From Bacteroidales bacterium (GTDB taxonomy: Bacteria > Bacteroidota > Bacteroidia > Bacteroidales > UBA4417): 58,243 nucleotides of DNA. Made by a program: the position numbers and the translations under genes. Each line of letters begins with the position of its first letter. The first letter of the stretch is position 1. Below, in pieces: positions 52,501-58,243 of this stretch. The notes beneath the pieces are model-generated. The model was not told the origin of the DNA and did not search any database. It saw only the letters and a list, made by a program, of their open reading frames with translations. The DNA lies in contig JBBRYZ010000004.1 of the NCBI GenBank assembly GCA_038237165.1, positions 1-58,243 on the forward strand, written 5' to 3'.

Positions 52501-52592
52501 TCAACGATGGTGAAGTTTGGGATGGAACAAATGCCGGCAATAATCAAAACCTGCCACAGAAGAAATCCGGCACGGTTACATTAATACGCTAA
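37533..52592 (+). CDS. Giant T9SS-secreted repeat surface protein (PKD-like, Ig-like and PKD arrays, type B CTD)
   Basis: Signal peptide ending LHA-QC; 9 ICSG-type repeats, 16 GSE-G-YQL repeats, 3 WTTSG-GTF repeats, 21 WxFGD PKD repeats; CTD YVPNALNP...YDRWG...WDG...GTVTLIR. Confidence 0.92.
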   Translation: MIQALLNLLRVAMSLRHLLPVFLFTLGSLNLHAQCPPTVTAVPSSSSQETTASTATICSGDSVQMNAAPSTGTTWQWYKDGVLISGATKSTYYGMDNANYTVRVGGCGSQSQIFHITLKPLPILSIIPSSKALCDGQDVTLFVNAGANVGWVWINPNPSSIYLTNINPVTPNVTTTTTFQVVGGSTITGCAKTDAVTIVVYPILVPAGIQSDAQICPGATPPLITSTPPSGSSGVYTYQWQSSTTSATTGFTDIPGATSPTYQPGPTLVTTWYRLATISAPCDPENSNAVIVKINPFPILTSPPPKAICSGNNVNYQPTSNVGGTTYKWTASVTSGTVTGFSPTGTGKINDVLSLSAGSTTPGKVTYVITPFGPAPASCPGTPKNLVVTVNPIPLVTNSPLSQDICAGTFTTPIILQSNLAGTSFTWTATATPGISGYLASGSGDIASRQIFSSLLVAGTVKYTITPHGPSPASCDGPSVVYTVNVNPSPSITNNPMQQTICTGDKTTAVTLTSNVVSTTFTWTASAVPASVSGYQASGTSIIPAQTITNPSNVPGLVTYHIIPSGSLNGCPGVPSDYVITVNPKPIATATPPVLTICSGDKTNIALSSTVAGTTFNWIASSPFVISGFSDGSGSSINQTLSNNTNTPHDVTYVIIPTANGCVGDPINVVVTVNPEMDLTVVPPVTCSGNNVDINLVGNMPGIAFSWTAFPVGNVTGYTDGTGSTISQTLVNHDDVTRTVVYSVTMSKYGCDDGPNNFTVTVSPDPRVTNNPLKTTQCSGDVFNLALTSNVAGATFTWTANGTSGISGFVSGGGSTINHLLQNSSNAPGTVVYTITPSANGCAGTPVNYVVTVNPIPTVNLSPASQAICSGSSTLPVTLSSPVAGTTFTWTASPSGSGISSYTASGSAIIPSQVINSTLSVQGAVTYKVTPSFSGCTGPTANHIVTINPIPQVINAPMSQTICSGATSANVNLLSNVAGTTFTWIATASSTSVTGFTASGGNTIPAQTIFNYSTTVESVSYQVIPTSNFGPNCPGPIATYTINVQPLPSISSNLSTSVCSGQSLNYSITSNLAGTTFTWTRATVSGISNPTASGSTSAISETLINTTNFDIDVEYILTPTGQALTFCTGNSESLIVKVKALPQVNAGPDLTIPYGTFTTLNGSASGGTGALTATWTPGTYIGSGINTLTPQTINLNITRTYTLTVNDAAGCSANDQATVFVNGSPLSVAPTANPSTVCVGESSVLDPHATGGSGTYTYLWTSMPAGFTSTATNPSVTPLVTTVYTVTANDGFNSVSASVTVTVNPLPTKYILTGGGSYCLGGSGVVVGLAGSESGVNYQLYNNGNPVGTPILGNGAPVSFGNQTAAGIYTARATRISTSCSQDMGSSVLVSINPLPVPDAGLDQIITYGTNTTLFGTSTAGTGPYNYAWEPSAFIVSGQNTFSPTTTNVYSNITYTLNVTDSKGCTGSDQVAVSLSGSAINIVAVSGPDEICADSSLAQLKAVVTGGTGIYTYSWTSNPPGSPVWTSTDQNPIVSPDVTTTYTVTVSDGFNSAVASANILVHPLPLLYSITGGGPYCFAGSGANIGLSGSEPFTNYQLYRGGVADGPPVTGNGSPISFGNRTASFTYTVVATKNITGCTEKMNGSTTVTIVPPPTQYVVTGGGSYPFGGPGREIGLMHGDNGISYQLYYNNTPIGTPITGAGTSINFGYQTQAGTYTVVGTDPVTGCTADMSGSVNITILPLPVIYSVTGGGMICLGEPGLQVGLTGSEGGIDYQILLNGLPFGPVVPGTNSPLDWSPISTSGLFEVRAVNPITGITQMMNDSAVIIVNPALTIFSVDPIGSQCPGTIIRLNGSEAGNMYFLMLNGIVIDTIVGTGAVGFLDFGPQTINGTYTISAVNMTTGCKAMMNGSTYISIAPKIFTVIPAGILCPGQDIILDGSEPGVNYQLRWNGTFDLGAPVAGTGLSIIVGTVGLPGIYSVIATNATTNCVSYMNDSATLYPDPTVYTIVPDGPACEGDIIGLNGSELGVDYVLLLDNAIHLDTISGTGLPISFGPQMTAGNYTVLAINQTTYCIFPMAGTTVMNDSPIQYSVQPAGIQCVGNIISLSGSQPGITYQLMLDGLYNMGAPVAGTGSAISFGAQNLTGAYTVRAVNDLSGCNSIMADSTIFQPLPVAFTVTPSGSYCAGVSIGLNGTQLNTNYILVLDGSIHLDTIAGNGSSIDFGPQTTAGTYSIVAYNTATFCSNTMNGSPIIKATPVQFNITPAGSTCAGGNIGLDTSEIGASYQLRLNGIINIGSAVAGTGSAISFGAQTVPGIYTAIATNPNGCSAIMIGSVLVNPNPVAYNITPDAIRCPGTEIGIDGSETGISYMLVLDGAIHLDTLAGTSSALSFGIQTTSGTYSIIAFNDITLCQKLMNGNTIINPAPIAYNLTPAGINCVGTVIGLDNSETGVSYQLRLNGSTNIGLPVAGTGSAISFGVQTIPGTYTVEASGSNGCTNMMSNSVVINPGPTVFTQLPAGSQCPGTVISLNGSQTGIKYVLVRDGIFFSDTLTGTGSVISFGKQSITGTYTIVAFSAVTSCPAVMNSNTTILVGPTAFNVTPAGIICAGSTIGLDGSDLGITYQLRRDGISNIGAPVDGTGSAITFGAINTPGTYTIIGTSTLNSCATIMNGNAVLQPIPVVYSITSPGIQCAGTSIILNGSQTGVDYVLVLDNTFNIDTIAGTGTMIDFGPQSVTGNYTVVAISGTSSCRTLMNGSTKIMAYPTAFHTTPSGLTCESAIVGLNGSEAGVNYVLYKYGISTGISIAGTGNAISFGKLFLGIYTIKAVNQTSNCSIFMTGTIEISNPAVVKAGLDETICTTGTADLNAIVTNNNGVATWTTSGDGTFNDVNSLTAIYTPGTIDKAAGIAYLVLTTKGSAGCATTSATDTVELTINQLTTADAGGDIDVCTAGGYTIKGASAVHYNAVSWTSSGSGTFANANTIAPTYTPSAYDIAAGSVLLTMNVTGTAPCSNNASDVITMNFHPTVTVYAGPDATINYGSLFNASDASVQNSTAVKWTTTGSGTFNNNAMVNATYTPSIADFAQGSVVLSLAGINNASCAPVIDNLTLTLTNLWNVEFAWGATCDSQSVEFTVNAKITNAFAIGKWFWDFGDGTTSSLMNPTHLFPNAGAYKVILTATDINGFESITSHSLYISEFPVALFSSSIPNCSNEMVNFNDLSHTLYGYVAEWKWNYGDGSANDTIQFPDQPNVSHLYNAAGTFNVTLSITNSFGCTTATTLPVDVIEAPIANFQNVDYCSGLETSFRDASYANGPGNTVQYWWNFGDPATGIDNYSDKKDATHIFSATGTYQVTHVVRNFNNCTDTIVKKVVILDQIPVDFVHGFTCLDGKASFGPDTTVMNTLAITNWEWNFGDGTINNQQNTSHVYTQPGTYEVKLTIIDTSGCKASKTHTVVVNKLPVVLFNTSQQPCINAPIHFDDVSNTYAGHIIKWNWDFGDGNSQQILNPANPDTDHTYSASGTFIVTLTITSSDSCTAVSQQSIVINPAPVANFDYTNACQATQVQFNDLTQTSGAGMITSWTWNFGDGASGIKNTSILQNPTHYYVKTGVYQVSLTITTVNGCSSTYVKTVKITAAPFVDFNYDKRCAEAVIQFSPTAGVIAAGVAKWEWSFGDGSTSANITPQHTYNASGNFVISLIITNTTGCQSSVAHSINVLPVPTSKFSTDESSCSQHKVAFINQSTDPAGSIVRWEYNFGDGTNAIVNYPGNPNVVHTYATAGTFVASLTVVTENSCSATTSQNIQILPNPLANFSTSASCLGSAVQFSDLSQGKVKSWAWDFGDQGSGANNTSTQQNPSHTYLQAGNFTITLRVENANGCTDTYTRILGISDKPATDFSYNNGCASDTVRFNSSAYVDVASTSTYLWNFGDNSTSVVANPYHLYAAPGMYIVSLTLTNKNGCTNVKTRKVQVTTAPTAMFTHSSLSCSGTAVLFTDFSSTTSGTVESWNWNFDEGASLTVNAPENPNVTHTFAVDGFYGVTLTIRTSTGCYASYTSTIKIKAAPATEFTYINGCNNTPTQFTDHTQSAGGYAISGRSWNFGDPASGISNSSTLQNPQHTFSRQGTYNVTLTTENSEGCTSSVTHTIIINPVKDLNFTQSISCEGTASTFSVDTTVIGKANILAYQWNFGDGSPTSTLAHPSHLFPNSGNYNVTLTITQLSGCQSNVSKNVTIHHPPVVQFTSNGNCAANQIDFRDMSYSSDGEKMVSWAWDFGVTNTTADTSSLKNPSFSYAAAGTFNVKLNVTTASGCTAEKIIQVVVIAAPTALFSSVAEPCHNGSVLFMDKSFSTQTMITGWKWEFAPGIYSTFQNPVHVFGDADSSYNVKLTVTTANGCTNTVIQKVSIPSPMKVAINYTQACFGETTWFSSTLVEPAGGTITSYKWYFGDAASGYKNESKLANPEHTFSKPGTYVISLQAIDLNNCSTTRLISITVDALPKSAFSYSGGNCDSLVKFKDMTAGVKIIRWIWKFGDGKSKIIVAPYNQNVTHYYAYPGIYEATLITESEAGCHDTVTNIVRRTPCMKAAFAIKSPVVCQKRSMEFTETSECEAPIASWQWFFGDGTSQTFTSPQPVVQHTYATAGSYNVKMVVATQMVGGLATDTARSQVAVNPAAKAAYAFQDACSGNTTAFDNLSQNNNTTIKSYQWNFGNSGSASDTAAAVNPKYSYKLAGEYNVKLVVTNTLGCTDTIAKKVTIFASPAADFTWNTACEAKPVHFSDNSEAASAAITNWNWKFSSEAQILDASTKKSCNVSFAHAGTYDANLKVTDRNGCSTLVAKQITIKPSPVAAFNIADNYENKQGQVAISNGTINGTEYEWNFGNGKTSTAEAPIVTFDREGHYTIQLIAWNGPSCADTLTMAYNLMFKGLYVPNALNPGNMDPEVAVFRPKGSNLKSYLVEIYDRWGNLLWSSTKIDSKGSPVESWDGTLHGKVLKEDVYVWMIAAQFNDGEVWDGTNAGNNQNLPQKKSGTVTLIR

Positions 52593-52672
52593 CGAATGTA
52601 AGAATACTTATTTGAAATTATTACCACTCGCACCCTAAACCTGCAACCGGTAAAAAAATAAAGCACAACACA

Positions 52673-53800
52673 ATGAAAAATATCAGTTCAATTAAAGCCG
52701 GGGTGTACCAGTTAGTTCTGATACTTGTTTTTACAGCAGTATGTGGCCAGCTCAAAGCACAGGATCCCAGCTTTTCGCAGTTTTATAATAACCCCATTTA
52801 TTATAATCCTGGTTATATCGGGCTGAATGCCGGAATGCGTGCCCGCTTTAACTACCGTGATCAGTGGACTGGGTTGCCGGTTGATTTCAAAACCTACAAT
52901 TTTTCGATGGATATGGCCGAACGCAATATTCCCGGATCGGGTGGACTTGGATTACTGGTTTCGTCGGACAAGGCAGGTACCGGAATGATAAAATCAAACA
53001 GCGTGGGGATTGGCACAGCAGCGCGCATTCCCCTCTATGAAAATATGATAGCCCAGATGGGATTTATGGTTTCGTATGTGCAAAAAACGGTAAACTGGGA
53101 TGATATGGTTTTCACTGATCAACTCCATGCCCGTTATGGTAATATTTATCAATCGGCTTTTGAGGCACCTTCCTCTAATCATGTATCTTACCCTGATTTC
53201 TCCGTAGGGGGAGTGTATCGCTTTGTTGAATCGGGTTCGATGTTCTCAAGCATACAGGGCACATTTGGAGCTGCCGTGCATCATGTTTTTACTCCCAATG
53301 AATCTTTTTTAGGACTTGATTCTCCTTTGCCCCGCAAACTTGTGATCACCGGCGACCTTGTGCTTGATATGGATCAGGGCGGCGGGCGTTCATCATCTTA
53401 TCGCTCATACAAAAAAGGCAGTGGCGGATTTAAATTCAATCCCGCGTTTGAATATGAGAAGCAAGCTGATTTTTCAACCATGACTATAGGTATGAATATC
53501 CTGAAATCATCCATCTACTTCGGGGTTTGGTTACGCAACCAGGATTTCAACTTTTTCGAAGCAAAGGATGCTATATTTCAAGTAGGATTTAATGCGCCCT
53601 GGAGTAAAAGCTCGCGTGTAAAAGTAATGTATACCTATGATTACCTTATTACAGATTTTCGTACCGCAGGCCGTGCTTCACATGAAATTTCACTGGTTTT
53701 CGAATTCGACGAATTCAGCCTTTTCAATGGAAATTCAGGTGGATCTTTCCCGGCTAACAGGGGAAGAAATGCAAAAGCAATGGAGTGCACGCCGTTCTAA
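52673..53800 (+). CDS. PorP/SprF family T9SS outer-membrane protein
   Basis: AQDPSFSQFY..P...NPG, NYRDQW, YTYDY, SHEISL; directly follows a type B CTD gene. Confidence 0.92.
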   Translation: MKNISSIKAGVYQLVLILVFTAVCGQLKAQDPSFSQFYNNPIYYNPGYIGLNAGMRARFNYRDQWTGLPVDFKTYNFSMDMAERNIPGSGGLGLLVSSDKAGTGMIKSNSVGIGTAARIPLYENMIAQMGFMVSYVQKTVNWDDMVFTDQLHARYGNIYQSAFEAPSSNHVSYPDFSVGGVYRFVESGSMFSSIQGTFGAAVHHVFTPNESFLGLDSPLPRKLVITGDLVLDMDQGGGRSSSYRSYKKGSGGFKFNPAFEYEKQADFSTMTIGMNILKSSIYFGVWLRNQDFNFFEAKDAIFQVGFNAPWSKSSRVKVMYTYDYLITDFRTAGRASHEISLVFEFDEFSLFNGNSGGSFPANRGRNAKAMECTPF

Positions 53801-53832
53801 GTTCATGCTTATTTTTTCATATTTACTTTTAT

Positions 53833-53862
53833 AAAACCTGCTTTTAATGGCAGGTTTTTTTT
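53833..53862 (+). terminator. Intrinsic terminator
   Basis: AAAACCTGC and GCAGGTTTT followed by a T run. Confidence 0.85.
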
Positions 53863-53865
53863 ATT

Positions 53866-53905
53866 TCACCTCACCCCCTTCCCCTCTCCTGAATGAGAGG
53901 GGTGA
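53866..53905. repeat. REP-like GC-rich hairpin
   Basis: tcacctcacccccttCCCCTCTCctgaatGAGAGGGGtga. Confidence 0.5.
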
Positions 53906-53948
53906 CTCTACAATCAAGATTTACTATTATTGAGGAAAAGCTAAATCA

Positions 53949-54830
53949 CTAAAACTCATATCCAAATCTTTTCAATTGGTTGGCATCTTCGCGCCAGTCG
54001 CTGCTTACTTTCAGGCTAAGTTCCAGATAGACTTTCTTATCGATAAAAGCTTCAATATCTTTACGGGCAAGTGTTCCAAGCTTTTTAATGGCTTCACCTT
54101 TGTGTCCCAGAATTATTGCTTTCTGAGTATCGCGTTCCACGAAAATGGTGGCGCCTATTACTACAATTTCGGGCTTTTCCTTGTACGAATCCACCACAAC
54201 TTCTGCTGAGTAAGGAATTTCCTGTTGATAAAGCAGGAATATCTTTTCGCGTATCATTTCGGATATAAAAAACCGGAGGGGTCGGTCGCTGAGTTCATCG
54301 TCTTTAGGGAAATAAGGATCGTTTTCGGGCAGTAACCGCAGGACTTCGGAAGTAATTTTGTCGGTATTAAAATTCAGTTTGGCCGAAATGGGTATTACTT
54401 TGGCATCCACAAATTTTTCCTGCCAGAATTTTATCTTAGCCTCCATCTCAGCAGGCGTTATTGTATCCACTTTATTGATCAGGAATAAAAGTGGTTTGCC
54501 GGAAGCTTTTATTTTTTCGATCACTTCTTCGTCAAAACTACTCTCACCGGCCTCTGCCATATATATGAAAACATCGGCATCCTGCAGGGCTGTATGCACA
54601 AATTTCATCATCGATTCGTGAAGTTTGTAATGTGGCCTTACGATGCCCGGAGTATCGGAATATACGATCTGGTAATCTTCGCCATTCACAATTCCGAGGA
54701 TGCGATGACGGGTGGTTTGAGCTTTTGGAGTAATTATGGAGAGCTTCTCGCCCATCAACATATTCATCAGGGTGGACTTTCCTACGTTAGGATGCCCGAT
54801 AATGTTGACAAAGCCGGCTTTATGAGTCAT
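53949..54830 (-). CDS. era: GTPase Era
   Basis: GHPNVGKST, QTTR, DTPG, NKVD, KH domain with QEIPYS and ILGHKG. Confidence 0.97.
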   Translation of the reverse strand: MTHKAGFVNIIGHPNVGKSTLMNMLMGEKLSIITPKAQTTRHRILGIVNGEDYQIVYSDTPGIVRPHYKLHESMMKFVHTALQDADVFIYMAEAGESSFDEEVIEKIKASGKPLLFLINKVDTITPAEMEAKIKFWQEKFVDAKVIPISAKLNFNTDKITSEVLRLLPENDPYFPKDDELSDRPLRFFISEMIREKIFLLYQQEIPYSAEVVVDSYKEKPEIVVIGATIFVERDTQKAIILGHKGEAIKKLGTLARKDIEAFIDKKVYLELSLKVSSDWREDANQLKRFGYEF

Positions 54831-54875
54831 AAAAATAAATTTGCGTAAAAATTAGGATTACAAAGAAACAAAATA

Positions 54876-54883
54876 TACTTTTG
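54876..54883 (+). promoter_or_regulatory. -7 promoter element for tRNA-Met
   Basis: TACTTTTG about 40 bp upstream of the tRNA. Confidence 0.6.
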
Positions 54884-54922
54884 CACTCCCAATTAAGACG
54901 TTCTTTTCTTACAAAAATATAT

Positions 54923-54994
<72 letters not shown>

Positions 54995-54999
54995 CTACG

Positions 55000-55035
55000 A
55001 AGCCTTGATGCGCAGCATCAGGGCTTTTATTTTTT
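55000..55035 (+). terminator. tRNA terminator
   Basis: AAGCCTTGATGC and GCATCAGGGCTT followed by a T-rich run. Confidence 0.8.
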
Positions 55036-55172
55036 CAGAACCGCTGCAAACTTGTTTGCAAAGCGGGAATGGAAAAATAAAAGACCCAGGCGAACGAAGT
55101 GAGACTGAGGCTTCGTTGTTAAGCCCTCCCCTTTTCAGGATCATAAAATAATCATGTCCTGCATATATCTGA

Positions 55173-55469
55173 TTATTTCCCTCTTGTGTATTCTACCTTT
55201 GGCTCCGCCGCCATTAATAAATCTGCCTCCTTTACATTTAGCTCCCCCTTAAACGCCCTCTGGCTTAGCGAACCATACAAATTCTCCAGCTCCTGTAAAC
55301 TGCTTTGGTATTGAGCTTTCAGGGCTTCGGTTTTTTCTACAGTTTGGGCGATTTAGGTTTGTAGTTCAGATGGAGGGAATAGAATTGGCAATGGTTTTAT
55401 ATCATTAATATTCAATCCTGCCTTAACGGCAGCTCTGTTTTTCTTCTGAATAACGTTATTGCCATCTTG
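55173..55469 (-). pseudogene. hsdS: 3' remnant of a type I restriction-modification specificity subunit
   Basis: Manual translation ...AAVKAGLNINDIKPLPILFPPSELQT*IAQTVEKTEALKAQYQSSLQELENLYGSLSQRAFKGEL...; in-frame TAA at 55353-55355; no start codon for the fragment. Confidence 0.8.
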
Positions 55470-55487
55470 TTATCAGACAATGAAGCC

Positions 55488-57794
55488 TTATGGGTTCTGA
55501 ATTTTCAATACCTGATCCAATTTCCCAACCAGATCATCTGCATTCCTCTTTGAAAATACAAGAGGCGGCTTGATCTTCAATACATTATGCAAAGGACCAT
55601 CAGTACTCAAAAGGAATCCGAGGTCTTTCATTTTTTCTACTATACTATCAATTTCCGGAACTGCGGGTTCAAGCGCATAGTGATCTCTGACTAACTCGAC
55701 GCCAACAAAAAGTCCTGCCCCTCTCACATCTCCAATCATACGATGTTTGGACTTCAGCATTAAGAGCTTTTCCAGCAGGTAATTGCCGGTAATAAAAGCA
55801 TTTTGCTGCAATTCTTCTTCCTCAATAACTTTCAGAACTGCCAGGCCAGCAGCCATTGATACCGGGTTGCCGCCAAAAGTATTGAAGTATTCCATTCCGT
55901 TATTGAAAGCATCAGCCAGTTCCTGCGTAATAACCACAGCAGCTAATGGATGCCCGTTCCCTATGGGTTTGCCTAATACTACAATATCTGGTTCAACATC
56001 CTGTAGTTCGAAACCCCAGAATTTGGAACCAACGCGACCAAAACCAACCTGAACTTCATCAGCAATGCAGATTCCCCCAGCTTCTCTAACATAACGGTAA
56101 ACTTCTTTCAGGTATCCGGGCGGTAACGGAATTTGCCCGCCTACTCCCAGAAGGGTTTCACAAATAAAGGCAGCAATGCTTGTATTTTTATCTTTTAAAT
56201 CTTGTATGATCCGCTGAACATCTCCCGCATATTTTACACCCGCAGATGAATCACTATAACGGTATTCGCCACGATAAAGATCAGGATTTATTGCCTTATG
56301 TATAAATGGCTTCTTTCCCGAACCTCCTTTCCCATCGAACTTGTAAGGGCTCATTTCCATGGCAACGGTTGAAGTCCCATGGTAAGCATGGTCGAGAACA
56401 ATAATATCCTTCTTTTGGGTAAAATGCCTGCTTATGCGAATGGCCAGATCATTTGCCTCACTTCCGCTGTTAGTGAAAAAGCATACTTTTAGCTTCGAAG
56501 GCAAAGTTGCAGTAAGTTTTTCGGCATATTCAACCAGGTTATCATGAAGGTAACGGGTATTGGTATTTAGTGTTGATATCTGTTTCTTCATTGCATTCAC
56601 CACCGTCGGATGGCAATGTCCCACATGACTGACATTATTCACACAATCTACAAAAGTATTTCCCCGGTCATCGTATAAATACTGAAGAGCGCCTTTAATT
56701 ATTTTCAAGTGATTATCATAACCAATGCTGAGGTTGCGACTGATATGCTCGTTTCGCCTGCTTTCAAGGTGTTGAAGTTCTAAGTCAATACCAAACACGG
56801 ATGACATCCCACAGGCAATTCTGAAATCATTATGAGCCCGGAGTGGATTGATACCGATCAGTTTGAAAAGCAAATCCCAGGCATTGTTCTCTGTGATGAA
56901 ATGATGCTCATTTTCACTGTCATGAGCGGCTTGGTATGCAGAGTGGGTTACGCTTATGCAAAGGCGCCCCGCAATCAGATAATACATGACCGATAACTCT
57001 TTTTCAGTTAGCGGATATTGTTCGTGGTATCCTTTGATGACAAGCGAAGCCGCTTTTATAACATCCTGCTGATTGAACATGGCATAGGTGCAGGCTATTG
57101 CCAGGTTGTTCACAAGCTCACTGTAAACTATATCACCGAAATCAATAAGCCCGGTAACTTTGTTTCCATTCACCAATACATTGTAGTCGTTGGCATCCGA
57201 ATGGATATAGGCTTTACGCAACTTTGGCATTATAGGAATAACCTCTTCCCGGAACTGCATTACAAAATAAGAAGCTATTCTTCTTTTCTCATGATCAAGG
57301 ATATAGGAAAGATTGGATTCGACATCCATAGTATTAGCAATATCCCACTCATAATGACGATGCAAAGCAGGATGGCTATAATGCTGAAGTGCTTTGTCCA
57401 TAGCTCCCAGAAACGATCCGAGCGAATAAAACAACTCATCAGGGTATGTTGGTACTTCCACCCAAAATGTTCCTTCCAGGAAAGTCAGAATTCTCAGATA
57501 GTAGTTTGCGTCGTCAACATTAATAGTTGTAATCTGGTTGCCGGAATTGTTTTTCAGGTATTGCGAAAATCCATCCGAAACAATTGAAACCGCCAGATAT
57601 TGGAGCATTTCCACCTGTGCATCAAGGAAAAAGAGCCCATGTTTGTCATTAGCAACTTTACAGATGAACATTTTGCCATCGGAAGTACTAATAACAAAAT
57701 TTAGTTCATCGTATCCGTTCAGCGCGTTTACGGATCCTGAAATCCCGTAATGTCCGGCTGCTATTTCAGCAATTTTTTCTTCTGTAAAAAACAT
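55488..57794 (-). CDS. Fusion of an APH/choline-kinase-like phosphotransferase and a class III PLP enzyme (hydroxylysine kinase / phospho-lyase-like)
   Basis: Kinase motifs HSDANDYN and IDFGD; PLP domain [42 protein letters not shown]. Confidence 0.88.
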   Translation of the reverse strand: MFFTEEKIAEIAAGHYGISGSVNALNGYDELNFVISTSDGKMFICKVANDKHGLFFLDAQVEMLQYLAVSIVSDGFSQYLKNNSGNQITTINVDDANYYLRILTFLEGTFWVEVPTYPDELFYSLGSFLGAMDKALQHYSHPALHRHYEWDIANTMDVESNLSYILDHEKRRIASYFVMQFREEVIPIMPKLRKAYIHSDANDYNVLVNGNKVTGLIDFGDIVYSELVNNLAIACTYAMFNQQDVIKAASLVIKGYHEQYPLTEKELSVMYYLIAGRLCISVTHSAYQAAHDSENEHHFITENNAWDLLFKLIGINPLRAHNDFRIACGMSSVFGIDLELQHLESRRNEHISRNLSIGYDNHLKIIKGALQYLYDDRGNTFVDCVNNVSHVGHCHPTVVNAMKKQISTLNTNTRYLHDNLVEYAEKLTATLPSKLKVCFFTNSGSEANDLAIRISRHFTQKKDIIVLDHAYHGTSTVAMEMSPYKFDGKGGSGKKPFIHKAINPDLYRGEYRYSDSSAGVKYAGDVQRIIQDLKDKNTSIAAFICETLLGVGGQIPLPPGYLKEVYRYVREAGGICIADEVQVGFGRVGSKFWGFELQDVEPDIVVLGKPIGNGHPLAAVVITQELADAFNNGMEYFNTFGGNPVSMAAGLAVLKVIEEEELQQNAFITGNYLLEKLLMLKSKHRMIGDVRGAGLFVGVELVRDHYALEPAVPEIDSIVEKMKDLGFLLSTDGPLHNVLKIKPPLVFSKRNADDLVGKLDQVLKIQNP

Positions 57795-57811
57795 ATTTGG
57801 AGTTTTTCAGA

Positions 57812-58243
57812 TTAATCTTTCCAGATCACAGCCTGTGTTGGTTTTAAAGGACTTTCTCCTACCAGGATTTTTTTGCCGGCGGGAATTTTCAGATCGACAA
57901 TATTGTCGGTGTAATTTACTCCAACCATAAATCCATCACGCCATTCTACATAAACTCCTTTTGGAAGGTCTTCAATTTCAACACCGGCTTTTTGGTAAAC
58001 CTTGCGTACCAATTCATGTTCAAATCTGCCATCCTTTGATACAACTCCGATAAAAGTTACGGTACCTTTCCCAAGTTTTCGGGTTGTTGCTGCTGCTTTT
58101 CCGGCGTAATACTGGTCGCTGTAAGTAGCTAATACTTCAGTACCTGATTGTGGCTTAAGTATTTCACTCCAGCAACTCCATCCGTACTCCAATCCGCCTG
58201 ATTTAACTTTACCGGTAACATCAGCAGGCAACATATCAAAAAA
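57812..58243 (-). CDS. C-terminal part of a GH42-type beta-galactosidase (runs off the window)
   Basis: WSEIL..EVLATYSDQYYAGKAAAT..GKGTVTFIG resembles the GH42 trimerisation region; frame is open to the window edge. Confidence 0.65.
   Translation of the reverse strand, partial: FFDMLPADVTGKVKSGGLEYGWSCWSEILKPQSGTEVLATYSDQYYAGKAAATTRKLGKGTVTFIGVVSKDGRFEHELVRKVYQKAGVEIEDLPKGVYVEWRDGFMVGVNYTDNIVDLKIPAGKKILVGESPLKPTQAVIWKD

Noticed and set aside
37533-52592. Calling the giant protein sprB
   Set aside because: It has a type B CTD and SprF-like partner, but the repeats are PKD and other types, and no gliding genes are in the window
55154-55268. Short plus-strand ORF MSCIYLIIS... as a GIY-YIG remnant
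   Set aside because: No YIG motif, and the opposite strand is better explained by HsdS

Overview
Chromosomal segment from an anaerobic or nanaerobic Bacteroidota. This assignment is inferred from the T9SS cargo and PorP genes, the DUF4492-cydAB arrangement and TAnnTTTG promoters. Housekeeping genes (rluE, HU, cydAB, pssA-like, lptB, recQ, ompH, era, initiator tRNA-Met) surround three accessory blocks. (1) An 11-gene sugar-phosphate-type bacterial microcompartment operon at 15560-21556 encodes 2 BMC-H, 2 different BMC-T, 4 BMC-P, an acylating aldehyde dehydrogenase, a variant RpiB and DeoC; it has no alcohol dehydrogenase, phosphotransacylase or kinase. (2) An hfsABC-like H2-sensing module at 27108-37177 has adhE and a group B-like [FeFe] hydrogenase in the same gene run, with an AcoR-type sigma54 activator upstream. 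Its promoter region can be read directly: three TGT-N11-ACA enhancer boxes, an IHF-type site, a -24/-12 element and a Rex-type operator. (3) A 5019-aa T9SS repeat adhesin is paired with a PorP/SprF gene. Features missing from the ORF track are a 35-aa membrane ORF after cydB (CydS/CydX-like), a disrupted type I R-M hsdS remnant beside tRNA-Met, and several families of short intergenic repeats. The best candidate for an undescribed system is the sigma54/Rex/H2-sensor-controlled adhE-hydrogenase operon, possibly acting as the redox sink for acetaldehyde from the neighbouring microcompartment. All family calls come from motif recognition by eye; no searches were run.
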